From: Burkholderiales bacterium
GTDB lineage: Bacteria; Pseudomonadota; Gammaproteobacteria; Burkholderiales; SG8-39
Assembly (NCBI GenBank): GCA_035500055.1
Contig: DATJXO010000043.1
Coordinates: forward strand, 245 to 64,244
DNA: 64,000 nt
Reading direction: 5' to 3'
Of this stretch, positions 34,198-43,298 are shown one piece after another (position 1 is the first letter of the stretch; each line of letters opens with the position of its first letter). Below the pieces are notes generated by a model. That model did not search any database and was not told where the DNA came from. It saw only the letters and a program-made list of their open reading frames with translations. The position numbers were made by a program, and so were the translations under genes.

Positions 34198-35302
34198 CTA
34201 GACGCCTCGCTTCAGGCTGGCCTCGATGAAATCGTCGAGCTCGCCGTCGAGCACCGCCTGCGTGGCGCCCTTCTCGACGCCCGTTCGCAGGTCCTTGATG
34301 CGCGACTGGTCGAGCACGTAGGAGCGGATCTGGTGCCCCCACTCGATGTCCGTCTTGGCGGCCTCCAGCTTGGACTGCTCGGCGTTGCGCTTGCGCAGCT
34401 CCAGCTCGTAGAGGCGCGACTTCAGCATCGCCATGCACTCGGCGCGGTTGCGGTGCTGCGAGCGGTCGTTCTGGCTCTGCACCACGATTCCGGTCGGCAG
34501 GTGGGTGATGCGCACCGCGGACTCGGTCTTGTTGACGTGCTGCCCGCCGGCGCCCGAGGCGCGGTAGACGTCGACGCGCAGGTCGGCCGGGTTGATCTCG
34601 ACCTCGATCGAATCGTCGACTTCGGGATACACGAAGACGTTGGCGAAGGAGGTGTGGCGCCGCGCGTTGGAGTCGAACGGCGACTTGCGCACCAGGCGGT
34701 GCACGCCGTTCTCGGTCCGCAGGCGGCCGTAGGCGTACTCGCCCTCGATCTTGAGGGTGGCGCTCTTGATGCCCGCGACCTCGCCCTCGCTGCGCTCCAG
34801 GATCTCGACGCGGTAGCCTTTCTTGTCACAGTACTTCAGGTACATGCGCTCGAGCATCGCGGCCCAGTCCTGCGCCTCGGTGCCGCCGGCGCCGGCCTGG
34901 ATGTCCATGAAGCAGCTGTTCGGGTCGAGCGGGTTCGAGAACATGCGCCGGAACTCGAGCGCCGCGACGTCGCTGCTCAGCTTCTCCGTGTCATCGAAGA
35001 TGCTGAGCAGGGCGGCGTCGTCCGCCTCCGCCCTGGCGATTTCGAAGAGCTCGCGGGCGTCGTGCAGCCGCGAGGCGATCGAGTCGAGGCCGGCGACGGT
35101 GGCGTCGAGCGATTTCTTCTCGCGCCCGAGCTCCTGCGCCTTCTTCTGGTCGCTCCAGACGTCGGGCTGGGCGAGCAGCGCCTCGACCGCGCTCAGCCGC
35201 TGCTTCTTGCCGTCGAAGTCAAAGATACCTCCGCAGCTCAACCGACCTCGACTGCAGCGCGGCGAGCGTGGAGGAAATCTGGTTGAGGCGTTCCGCTTCC
35301 AT
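34198..35302 (-). CDS. prfB: peptide chain release factor 2 (programmed +1 frameshift)
   Basis: Frame 1 runs from ATG 35302 ([27 protein letters not shown]) to an in-frame TGA at 35221-35219. Frame +1 continues DFDGKKQRL...SPF...[16 protein letters not shown] to stop 34198. Total about 367 aa. Confidence 0.92.
35219..35232 (-). promoter_or_regulatory. prfB +1 frameshift site (GGAGG-TAT-CTT-TGA-C)
   Basis: The minus strand reads cGGAGGTATCTTTGAC. This is an internal SD-like GGAGG, 3-nt spacer, slippery CTT, then UGA followed by C, the canonical RF2 autoregulatory site. Confidence 0.85.
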
Positions 35303-35312
35303 CGGGCCGCAA

Positions 35313-35522
35313 TTATACGCGGCGGCCCGTGTACTCCTCTTCGATCTTGTCCTCGAAGAAGCTGGTCGGGTTGGGCGCCGCCATGAAGCGGCGGTAGACC
35401 TCCGGATAGACCTTCGGGTACTGGTAGACCTGGCCGTTGGACAGCTCGACCTCGAGCGTCATCGACGGCTCGTCGTAGCCGACCGAGCGGATGCGAGAGA
35501 AATTGACGCGCCTGCGCTGCAT
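35313..35522 (-). CDS. KTSC domain-containing protein
   Basis: 69 aa: [56 protein letters not shown]. Its ATG overlaps the upstream stop by 1 nt. Confidence 0.7.
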   Translation of the reverse strand: MQRRRVNFSRIRSVGYDEPSMTLEVELSNGQVYQYPKVYPEVYRRFMAAPNPTSFFEDKIEEEYTGRRV

Positions 35523-35893
35523 CAGGCCGCCGAGACCCGGATCTTCGAGCCGGACTTTATCTTCTTCAGGGCGAGGAAATCCCCCGCCACCCGCCCCAGC
35601 ACGCTGCAGGGGTTGGCGAGCTTGGGCTTGTCGCCGGTCGAGATCGGCGTGCGGCCCCAGGGCAGCGCCAGCGCGTCGCCCTCGGTCCAGAAGCAGACGG
35701 TTCCCGGCTCGACGACCTGTTTCGCGCCCGCTTCCAGCTTCGCGCTGACCGGGGTGGAGAAGTAGAGCTCCTCGCCCCAGGTCTGGGCGCGCGCCTCGAA
35801 CGGCGCCGCCGCCGCGAGCGCGGCGGTGGTGGCGCAGTCCTCGAGCTCCAGCTCGATGCTGATGCCGCCGGACTCGAGGCGCAGCCGCGTCAT
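35522..35893 (-). CDS. cyclophilin-like fold protein (TM1367-like)
   Basis: 123 aa: ...[34 protein letters not shown]...[19 protein letters not shown], pattern of the Cyclophil_like family. Confidence 0.65.
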   Translation of the reverse strand: MTRLRLESGGISIELELEDCATTAALAAAAPFEARAQTWGEELYFSTPVSAKLEAGAKQVVEPGTVCFWTEGDALALPWGRTPISTGDKPKLANPCSVLGRVAGDFLALKKIKSGSKIRVSAA

Positions 35894-35952
35894 GGCGCGC
35901 AGACTCTATCGCAGAACCCCGACGCGCGGAAGCTGTCTTATGCTTACCGAGA

Positions 35953-36615
35953 ATGCGAATCCTGGTAGTCGAAGACGATGCGATGATCGGCGAGAGCGTG
36001 CGCACCGCGCTGCGCCAGGAGGGCTTTGCGGCCGACCTGGTGCGCGACGGCAAGAGCGCGGACCACGCGCTGCAGGCCGAGCATTACGACGCCGTGGTGC
36101 TCGACCTCGGCCTGCCGCAGCTCGACGGCAACGAGGTGCTGCGCGGCATGCGCTCGCGCAGGGACCGCACGCCGGTGCTGGTGGTGACCGCGCGCGACGC
36201 GGTGCAGGATCGAGTCAAGGGGCTGGACGCGGGCGCCGACGACTACCTGGTGAAGCCCTTCGACCTGGACGAGCTCGCGGCGCGCATCCGCGCGCTGGTG
36301 CGCCGCAGCGCGGGCCGCGCCGAGCCGATGATCGAGCACCTCGGCGTCGCCTTCGACCCCGCGACGCGCGAGGTGACGCTGCGCGGCAAGCCGGTGCAGC
36401 TCTCGGCGCGCGAGCTGGCGGTGCTGGAGGCGCTGCTGGAGCGTCCCGGCGTGGTGCTGTCGCGCGCGCAGATCGAGGAGCGCCTCTACGGCTGGGGCGA
36501 GGAGATCGAGAGCAACGCGGTCGAGGTCTACGTGCACGGCCTGCGCAAGAAGCTCGGCCCGGGCTTCATCCGCACCGTGCGCGGCGTCGGCTACCGCGTG
36601 CCGAAGGGGACGTGA
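35953..36615 (+). CDS. OmpR-family two-component response regulator
   Basis: MRILVVEDD...DAVVLDLGLP...DDYLVKPF, plus a winged-helix C-terminus (VEVYVHGLRKKLG...IRTVRGVGY). Confidence 0.9.
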   Translation: MRILVVEDDAMIGESVRTALRQEGFAADLVRDGKSADHALQAEHYDAVVLDLGLPQLDGNEVLRGMRSRRDRTPVLVVTARDAVQDRVKGLDAGADDYLVKPFDLDELAARIRALVRRSAGRAEPMIEHLGVAFDPATREVTLRGKPVQLSARELAVLEALLERPGVVLSRAQIEERLYGWGEEIESNAVEVYVHGLRKKLGPGFIRTVRGVGYRVPKGT

Positions 36616-37919
36616 GCTCCATCCGGGTCCGGCTGCTGTCGTGGCTGCTCGGCTCGGTCACCGTGGTGGCGGTCGCCGCCGCGTGGGGCGTGTACCAGTC
36701 CGCGCTGGTCGAGATCGACGCCGTCGCCGACTACCACCTGCGCCAGCTGGCGCTGTCGCTGCGCGACCAGGGAGTCGCCGAGTCGCTGCCCGATCCGGAG
36801 CAGGGGTTCGACTTCGTGGTGCAGATCTGGAGCGAGGACGGGGTGCGGGTCTACATGTCGCAGCCGCACAGCCGCCTGCCGGACCGCGCCACGCTCGGCT
36901 TCGGCGACCTCAGCACGCGCGACGGCGTCTGGCGCGTCTACGCCACGCAGGTGCGCGGCCGCACCATCCAGGTGGCGCAGCCGATGAGCGTGCGCAGGGA
37001 GCTGGCGCGCTCGCACGCGCTGCGCACGCTGCTGCCGATGTTCGCGCTGCTGCCGCTGCTGGCGCTCGCGGTGTGGTTCGGCGTGCAGCGCGCGCTGCGG
37101 CCGATCGCGGCGGTGGCGGGCGAGGTGCGCCGCCGCGACCCCGACTCGCTGGAGCCGCTCCCCGAGGGCGATCTGCCGGAGGAGTTCGTGCCGCTGGCGC
37201 GGGCGCTCAACACGCTGCTCGGGCGGCTCGGCGCGACGCTCGAGTCGCAGCGCATGTTCGTCGCCGACGCGGCGCACGAACTGCGCTCGCCGCTCACGGC
37301 GCTGCGCCTGCAGGTGCAGCTGCTCGACCGGGCGCGCGATCCCGGGGCGCGGCGCGACGCGAGCGCGCAGCTCGCTGCCGGCCTGGAGCGCGCCGTGCGC
37401 GTGGTCAACCAGCTGCTGACGCTCGCGCGCAGCGAGCATGCCGACCCGGCGGCGGCGCCGTCGCCGGTGCGCCTCGACGAGGTCGCGCGCCAGGCCGTGG
37501 GCGAGGTCGCCGCGCAGGCGGAGGCGCGCGGCGTCGATCTCGGCGTCACTGCGGCGGAGCACGTCACGGTGCAGGGCGAGGCCGACGCGTTGCGGGCGCT
37601 CGCGCGCAACCTGGTCGAGAACGCGGTGCACTACACGCCCGGCGGCGGGCGCGTCGACGTCAGCGTGCGCGGACGCAGCGGCGAGGCGCTGCTCGAAGTC
37701 GCCGACACGGGCCCGGGCATCGCCGCCGCGGACCGCGAGCGCGTATTCGGGCGCTTCTTCCGGCGCCCGGCGGCGAGCGCCGCCGATCCCGGCGGCAGCG
37801 GCCTCGGGCTCGCGATCGTGCGCGCGGTCGCCGAGCGGCACGGCGGGCGCATCGAGCTCGGCAGCGCGCCCGGCGGCGGGTTGCTGGCGCGTGTCACGTT
37901 CCCGATCCGGGCCCGTTAA
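36612..37919 (+). CDS. sensor histidine kinase (QseC/PmrB-like)
   Basis: GTG 36612 overlaps the regulator stop (GTGA). Two TM segments, H-box FVADAAHELRSPLTAL, N box NLVENAVHYTP and G boxes DTGPGI / GSGLGLAIV. Confidence 0.85.
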   Translation: MSSIRVRLLSWLLGSVTVVAVAAAWGVYQSALVEIDAVADYHLRQLALSLRDQGVAESLPDPEQGFDFVVQIWSEDGVRVYMSQPHSRLPDRATLGFGDLSTRDGVWRVYATQVRGRTIQVAQPMSVRRELARSHALRTLLPMFALLPLLALAVWFGVQRALRPIAAVAGEVRRRDPDSLEPLPEGDLPEEFVPLARALNTLLGRLGATLESQRMFVADAAHELRSPLTALRLQVQLLDRARDPGARRDASAQLAAGLERAVRVVNQLLTLARSEHADPAAAPSPVRLDEVARQAVGEVAAQAEARGVDLGVTAAEHVTVQGEADALRALARNLVENAVHYTPGGGRVDVSVRGRSGEALLEVADTGPGIAAADRERVFGRFFRRPAASAADPGGSGLGLAIVRAVAERHGGRIELGSAPGGGLLARVTFPIRAR

Positions 37920-37999
37920 GCGCCGCTTAAGCCGGTAGCGCCACCATGCCGTCGTCCGGGGCATTGCCCCGCATGATCCCGCAGGGAAAAGGAGCTTCG

Positions 38000-39481
38000 A
38001 TGAAATTCAAGCGAATCGGCGCGGCGCTTGCGGCCGCCGGCGTCCTCACCGTCGGCGGCGCCGCCGCCGCCCACTTCTATCCGTTGCGCGCGGCCGAGAG
38101 CACGGTCGTCGCCGAGGCGCAGCATCCCGCGCCGTCGGCGGTACCCGTCGTGGCGCTGCCCAACTTCGCGGCGCTGGTGCAGAAGTACGGTCCGGCGGTG
38201 GTCAATATCGACGTCTCGGGCACCAAGAAGGTCGGATACAACCTCGGGCAGAACGGCGACGACGAAGGCAGCGGCAACGGCAACGATCCCTTCTTCCAGT
38301 TCTTCCGCGGACTGCCGTTCCAGTTCCACTTCGGCGTGCCGCAGGAAGTGCCGATGCGCGGCGAGGGCTCCGGCTTCATCGTCAGCTCCGACGGCGTGAT
38401 ACTCACCAACGCGCACGTGGTGCGCGATGCGGACGAAGTCACCGTCAATCTCACCGACCGGCGGGAATTCAAGGCCAAGGTCATCGGCGTCGATCCGGCG
38501 ACCGACATCGCCGTGCTGCGCATCGACGCCAAGAACCTGCCGGTGGTGAAGCTCGGCGACCCGTCCACCGCGCACGTCGGCGACTGGGTGATCGCGATCG
38601 GCTCGCCGTTCGGCTTCCAGAACAGCGTCACCGCGGGCATCGTCTCGGCCAAGGGCCGCTCGCTGCCCGGCGACGTCTACGTGCCGTTCATCCAGACCGA
38701 CGTCGCGGTCAACCCCGGCAACTCCGGCGGGCCGCTGTTCGACCTCGCCGGCGAGGTGATCGGCATCAACTCCCAGATCTACAGCCGCTCGGGCGGCTAC
38801 GAGGGGCTGTCGTTCGCGATCCCGATCGACGTCGCGACCCGCGTCGAGCACCAGATCCTCGCCACCGGCCACGCCACGCACGCGCGCCTCGGTGTCACGA
38901 TCCAGGAGGTCAATCGGGGACTGGCCGATTCCTTCGGCATGAAGAAGGCGGAAGGGGCGCTGGTGTCGCAGGTGGTGCCCGGGAGCGCCGCCGCCGCTGC
39001 CGGCCTCAAGGCGGGCGACGTGATCACCAAGTTCGACGGCCATCCGATCGTCAGCTCGACCGACCTGCCGGAACTGGTCGGCAAGGCGAGCCCGGGCGAC
39101 AAGGCGACGCTCGAGGTCTGGCGCAAGGACGGCACGCGCCAGGTCGCCGTGACCCTCGGCAAGGCCGAGGAGGAGAGCGTCGCCTCCGCCGGCGAGGGCC
39201 AGAAGGGCGCCGAGAAGGCGCGCCTCGGGCTCGCGGTGCGGGCGCTCACGCCTCAGGAGCGCCAGCAGGCGGACGTGCCCAACGGCCTGCTGGTCGAGGG
39301 CGTCGCCGGGACCGCGGCGCGCGCCGGGGTGCAGCCGGGCGACATCCTGCTTTCCGTGAACGGCACCGAGGTGAAGAGCGTGGCGCAGCTGCGCCACCTC
39401 ATCGACCACGCCTCGAAGAACGTCGCGCTGCTGGTGCAGCGCGGCGACTCGCGGATCTTCGTGCCGGTGCGGATCGGCTGA
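38000..39481 (+). CDS. Do-family serine endopeptidase (DegP/MucD-like) with two PDZ domains
   Basis: ATG 38000 follows AAAGGAG. Signal peptide, catalytic motifs TNAHVV and GNSGGPLF, and PDZ-type repeats. Confidence 0.9.
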   Translation: MKFKRIGAALAAAGVLTVGGAAAAHFYPLRAAESTVVAEAQHPAPSAVPVVALPNFAALVQKYGPAVVNIDVSGTKKVGYNLGQNGDDEGSGNGNDPFFQFFRGLPFQFHFGVPQEVPMRGEGSGFIVSSDGVILTNAHVVRDADEVTVNLTDRREFKAKVIGVDPATDIAVLRIDAKNLPVVKLGDPSTAHVGDWVIAIGSPFGFQNSVTAGIVSAKGRSLPGDVYVPFIQTDVAVNPGNSGGPLFDLAGEVIGINSQIYSRSGGYEGLSFAIPIDVATRVEHQILATGHATHARLGVTIQEVNRGLADSFGMKKAEGALVSQVVPGSAAAAAGLKAGDVITKFDGHPIVSSTDLPELVGKASPGDKATLEVWRKDGTRQVAVTLGKAEEESVASAGEGQKGAEKARLGLAVRALTPQERQQADVPNGLLVEGVAGTAARAGVQPGDILLSVNGTEVKSVAQLRHLIDHASKNVALLVQRGDSRIFVPVRIG

Positions 39482-39502
39482 TCGATCCGCAAGGAGAAGA
39501 AC

Positions 39503-39532
39503 AGCCTAGGCCTCGCGGCCTAGGCTTTTTTC
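39503..39532. terminator. bidirectional rho-independent terminator between degP-like and HiPIP genes
   Basis: AGCCTAGGCC-tcgc-GGCCTAGGCT is a perfect 10-bp stem followed by TTTTTT on the plus strand. The HiPIP stop codon (39520-39522) lies inside the right arm. Confidence 0.6.
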
Positions 39533-39852
39533 TGGAATGCCGTGCACCAGCCGTGCCGGTCGACCAGCTTGCCCTGGAAGATCTGGCAGGGGCCCCAGGT
39601 CGCGCCTTCCTTGCCGCCGAAGAACTTGCATTTGTCGCATTCCTCCCCCGGCTTGTAGGTGGTGAACTTCTTGGCGTCGACTTTGTTCGCGTCCAGGTGG
39701 TAGCCGAGGCTCTTCGCCATCGGATCGCCCTCCGGCACCTTCTCGGCGGCGAGCGCTTCGGCGCCGCCGGCGCCCAGCGCGGCCGCGCCGAGCGCGGCCG
39801 AGCCCGTCTTCAGGAAGCGGCGGCGCTGGCCGCAAAAGCGATTGCGTCTCAT
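39520..39852 (-). CDS. high-potential iron-sulfur protein (HiPIP) with Tat signal
   Basis: Lies inside ORF 39520..39987. ATG 39852 follows GGAG. Twin-arginine signal QRRRFLKTGSAALGA. Four Cys in HiPIP spacing (CDKC...GPC...GWCTAF). Confidence 0.85.
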   Translation of the reverse strand: MRRNRFCGQRRRFLKTGSAALGAAALGAGGAEALAAEKVPEGDPMAKSLGYHLDANKVDAKKFTTYKPGEECDKCKFFGGKEGATWGPCQIFQGKLVDRHGWCTAFQKKA

Positions 39853-39871
39853 CGCGGTTTCTCCTGTGGCT

Positions 39872-40483
39872 TTATTTGGCGGCGAGATTCTTCTCGACGA
39901 AGGCCCAGTTGACGACCTGCAGGAAGGCGTCGACGTACCGCGGGCGCTCGTTGCGGTAGTCGATGTAGTAGGCATGCTCCCACACATCGCACACCAGCAG
40001 CGGCCTGGCGCCCTGGCGCAGCGGCGTGTCCGCGTCGTCGGTATTATGGACCACGACGCGGCCGTCGCCGGTGCGCACCAGCCAGGTCCAGCCCGAGCCG
40101 AACTTGGCGGTCGCCGCCTTGCGGAACTGCTGGCGGAAGCCGTCGCTCGAGCCGAAGGCGGCCTTCAGCTGCGCCGCCAGCTCCCCGCCGGGCTCGCCGC
40201 CCCCCTTGGGCGCCATGCAGCGCCAGTAGAAGTCGTGGTTCCAGGCCTGCGCCGCGTTGTTGAAGATCGCCCCGGTGGCGCGCCGAACGATGTCCTCCAG
40301 CGCCGTGCCCTCGAACTCGGTCCCGGCGACCAGCGTATTCAGCGTCTCGACGTACTTGCGATGGTGCTTGCCGTAGTGGTACTCGAGTGTCTCGCGGGAG
40401 AGGTGCGGCTCGAGCGCGTCCATGGCGTAAGGCAGAGCGGGAAGCTCGAATTGCGGGCGGATTGCGCGTTGCGCAGTAGGCAT
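39872..40483 (-). CDS. sodB: Fe-type superoxide dismutase
   Basis: FELPALPYAMDALEPHLSRETLEYHYGKHH, AAQAWNHDFYW and DVWEHAYYIDYRN motifs. Confidence 0.9.
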   Translation of the reverse strand: MPTAQRAIRPQFELPALPYAMDALEPHLSRETLEYHYGKHHRKYVETLNTLVAGTEFEGTALEDIVRRATGAIFNNAAQAWNHDFYWRCMAPKGGGEPGGELAAQLKAAFGSSDGFRQQFRKAATAKFGSGWTWLVRTGDGRVVVHNTDDADTPLRQGARPLLVCDVWEHAYYIDYRNERPRYVDAFLQVVNWAFVEKNLAAK

Positions 40484-40593
40484 GCGGTTGCTCCTTGCGG
40501 TAGGACGCGGCGGGAACCCTGCGCCCCGCCGCTACATCCATGCGCCGAGTCTCGGCAGCGCGCCTTAAGGTGCCCTTAAGTTGGCGCGCCGTT

Positions 40594-42291
40594 TCAGGCC
40601 GGCTCGACGTGCTCCAGAGTCACCTGCGGCCGCCGCAGGCCGTTGAACTCGTTCACCGCGAGGCGGTAGGCGGCGCGGATGCGCGCCGGCAGCGGCGCGG
40701 CCTCGAGCGCGTTGAAGCGCATCGCCTCCAGGCGCCGCTCGCCCTGGCGCAGCCGCAGCTTCAGGTGGCGCTCGCCGACCACGCGCTGCGCCTCGACCGC
40801 GAACGTGTCGCAGAACAGGGGCGGCGGGAAGCCCTGCCCCCAGATCTGCGCCTCCAGCAGCTGCGCCACCTCGAGCGAGTGGTACGAAGGCTCCAGCCCG
40901 CCGTCGGTCTCGACCACCCTCAGGCGCGCCTCCTCCGGGAGGCGCTCGTCGGCGGCCTGCTCGAACAGGCGCGCGAAGCGCTCCAGGTGCGCCTCGCCGA
41001 GCGTGAGGCCCGCGGCCTGGGCGTGGCCGCCGAAGCGCCGCATCAGCCCGGGCGCGCGCTTGGCGACGAGGTCGAGCGCGTCGCGCAGGTGGAACCCGGG
41101 GATCGAGCGCCCCGAGCCGGTCAGCTCGCCCGCGCTGGACCGCGAGAAGCAGAACACGGGCCGGTGAATGCGCTCGCGCACGCGCGAAGCGATCAGGCCG
41201 ACCACGCCCTGGTGCCATTGCGGCTCGAACAGGCAGAGCGAGGCGCCGGCCTGCGGCGCCAGCCGCGCCAGCGCCGCGTTGGCCGCCTCCAGCATCTCGC
41301 CTTCGATGCGGCGGCGCTCCCGGTTGAGGCGGTCGAGCTCTTGCGCGCAGTTGGCGGCGCGCGCCTCGTCGTCGGCGAGCAGGCACTCGATGCCGAGGCT
41401 CATGTCGGCGAGGCGCCCGGCGGCGTTGAGGCGCGGCCCGAGCACGAAGCCGAGGTCGAAGCAATTCGCCTGCGCCGGAGCGCGCCCGCCCGCGCGCGCC
41501 AGCGCGGCGAGCCCGGCGCCGGCGCGGCCGCGGCGCAGGCGCTCCAGGCCCTGCGCGACGAGGATCCGGTTGTTGGCGTCCAGCGGCACCACGTCGGCGA
41601 CGGTGCCGAGCGCGACGAGCGGCGTCAGCGCCGCGAGGTTGGGTTCCTTGTTTTCATCCTTGAAGATCCCCCTTTCGCGCAACTCCGCCCGCAGCGCCAG
41701 CAGAACATAGAACATGACCCCCACGCCGGCCAGCGCCTTGGACGGGAACTCGCAGCCGGGCTGGTTCGGGTTGACGATGCAGTCGGCCTCGGGCAGCGCC
41801 GCGCCGGGCAGGTGGTGGTCGGTGATCAGCGTCGCGATGCCGAGCTGCTTGGCGCGCGCCACGCCCTCGATGCTGGCGATGCCGTTGTCGACCGTGATCA
41901 GCAGGTCGGGCGCGCGCGCCGCGGCGAGCTCGACCAGCTCGGGCGACAGCCCGTAGCCCAGCTTGAAGCGGTCGGGCACGAGGTACTCGACGCGCGCGCC
42001 CATGGCGCCGAGCGCGCGCATGCCCAGCGCGCAGGCGGTGGCGCCGTCGGCGTCGTAGTCGGCGACGATCAGGAGCTTCTTGCGAGCCGCGATCGCGTCG
42101 GCGAGCAGGCGCGCCGCGCGGTCGGCGTGCTTCAGCGCGGCGGGCGGGATCAGGCCGGCCGCGTCGTAGCGCAGCTCGCGCGGCGACCTGACGCGCCGCG
42201 CGGCGTACAGGCGCGCTAGCACCGGGTGCACGCCGCCGGCCTCCAGGGCGCGGCGGTCGGCCTCCTCGTAGCGGCGCGAGACGATCTTCAC
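40594..42291 (-). CDS. recJ: single-stranded-DNA-specific exonuclease RecJ
   Basis: Lies inside ORF 40594..42708. GTG 42291 (VKIVSRRYEE...) overlaps the upstream stop (GTGA). DHH motifs IVADYDADGATA, ITVDNG and ITDHH. 565 aa. Confidence 0.92.
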   Translation of the reverse strand: MKIVSRRYEEADRRALEAGGVHPVLARLYAARRVRSPRELRYDAAGLIPPAALKHADRAARLLADAIAARKKLLIVADYDADGATACALGMRALGAMGARVEYLVPDRFKLGYGLSPELVELAAARAPDLLITVDNGIASIEGVARAKQLGIATLITDHHLPGAALPEADCIVNPNQPGCEFPSKALAGVGVMFYVLLALRAELRERGIFKDENKEPNLAALTPLVALGTVADVVPLDANNRILVAQGLERLRRGRAGAGLAALARAGGRAPAQANCFDLGFVLGPRLNAAGRLADMSLGIECLLADDEARAANCAQELDRLNRERRRIEGEMLEAANAALARLAPQAGASLCLFEPQWHQGVVGLIASRVRERIHRPVFCFSRSSAGELTGSGRSIPGFHLRDALDLVAKRAPGLMRRFGGHAQAAGLTLGEAHLERFARLFEQAADERLPEEARLRVVETDGGLEPSYHSLEVAQLLEAQIWGQGFPPPLFCDTFAVEAQRVVGERHLKLRLRQGERRLEAMRFNALEAAPLPARIRAAYRLAVNEFNGLRRPQVTLEHVEPA

Positions 42292-43298
42292 GGCCGGCGC
42301 TCGGCGTAGGCGGCGAGGGGCCGGTCGCGCCGCCAGAAGCGGCGCAGGTCGGCGGCGGTCGTCTCGACGGCGAGCCCGGCCTCCGGCACGTGCACCGTCA
42401 CCATGCCGACGCGCCCGGAGCGCAGCGCCGCCCGCAGCGGGGCGAACCAGCGCGCCTCGAGCTCGCGCAGGCGCGCGCCGGCGGCCGCGGCATCGCCGAG
42501 CGCGTGCGCGCCGCGCAGCTGCTCCAGCAGCACGAGATGGCGCCCGTCCTCGGGCGCCCGCCCGAGCCATTCCTCGGCGCCGCCGCCCGGAGCGCGCTGG
42601 CGCAGGCCCGCGAGCCGAGCCAGGCCGAGCGCCGCGGGATCGCCCGCGCTCACCGAGTGCCAGGGCGCGCTGGCCCCGGCGGGGAGGCGCCCCGCGCCCC
42701 AGAGCCATACGCTGTTCACCGCGGGCGCGCCGCGCTGCTCACGCGCGGCGTTCGCGGGGTGGCGGTAGAGCGTCATCTGGATCTCGGTGAGCAGCCGGTG
42801 CCAGCGCTTGTCCGGCAGGTGCGGATCGACGTCCGCCGCGGCGAGCGCGATCGGCGGCAGCAGGCTCGCGCCGGCCTCGGCGCCGGCGGCGTCCACGCGC
42901 AGGCACCATTGTTCCGGGCCGAATGCGAACAGCGAGAGCTCGCCGGCGAGCAGTGGCGCGAGCGCGGCCGCGAGCGCCTGGGCCTCCGCCGCGTCGATGC
43001 CGAACGCGTGCGCCGGCAGCAGCAGCACACGGTCGCGGTCGGCGCGGAGGTGCACCGGGTCGGCGCGCAGCCAGAGCGCGGAGCCCGGCGCCTCGCCCGC
43101 GGCGAGCGCGGTGAGCGCGCCCGCGGGCAGCGGCCCTTCCTCCAGGCCGAAGGCGTCGGCGAGCCACGCCTCGAGGTCCTGCGGCCGCGCTTCGCCGCGG
43201 CGGCCGCGGGCGAGCAGCCGCTCGAGCGACGGCGCCTCGGCCGCGGCCGGCGCGGAGGCCGGCGGCAGCAGCGCCGGCACGACGAGTTCGAGATGCAT
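42288..43298 (-). CDS. conserved hypothetical protein (336 aa, Ala/Leu-rich; family not securely recognised)
   Basis: This is the C-terminal part of track ORF 42288..44636. ATG 43298 (MHLELVVPALLPP...) overlaps the upstream stop by 1 nt (TGATG). High GC3 and operon context support that it is coding. Confidence 0.6.
   Translation of the reverse strand: MHLELVVPALLPPASAPAAAEAPSLERLLARGRRGEARPQDLEAWLADAFGLEEGPLPAGALTALAAGEAPGSALWLRADPVHLRADRDRVLLLPAHAFGIDAAEAQALAAALAPLLAGELSLFAFGPEQWCLRVDAAGAEAGASLLPPIALAAADVDPHLPDKRWHRLLTEIQMTLYRHPANAAREQRGAPAVNSVWLWGAGRLPAGASAPWHSVSAGDPAALGLARLAGLRQRAPGGGAEEWLGRAPEDGRHLVLLEQLRGAHALGDAAAAGARLRELEARWFAPLRAALRSGRVGMVTVHVPEAGLAVETTAADLRRFWRRDRPLAAYAERRP

Noticed and set aside
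40540-40593. Inverted repeat GCGCGCC-N18-GGCGCGC with two CTTAAG palindromes downstream of recJ
   Set aside because: Probably just the recJ terminator or the sodB promoter region. It is a single copy, there is nothing to suggest a mobile or regulatory element beyond that, and I could not evaluate its stability by hand.
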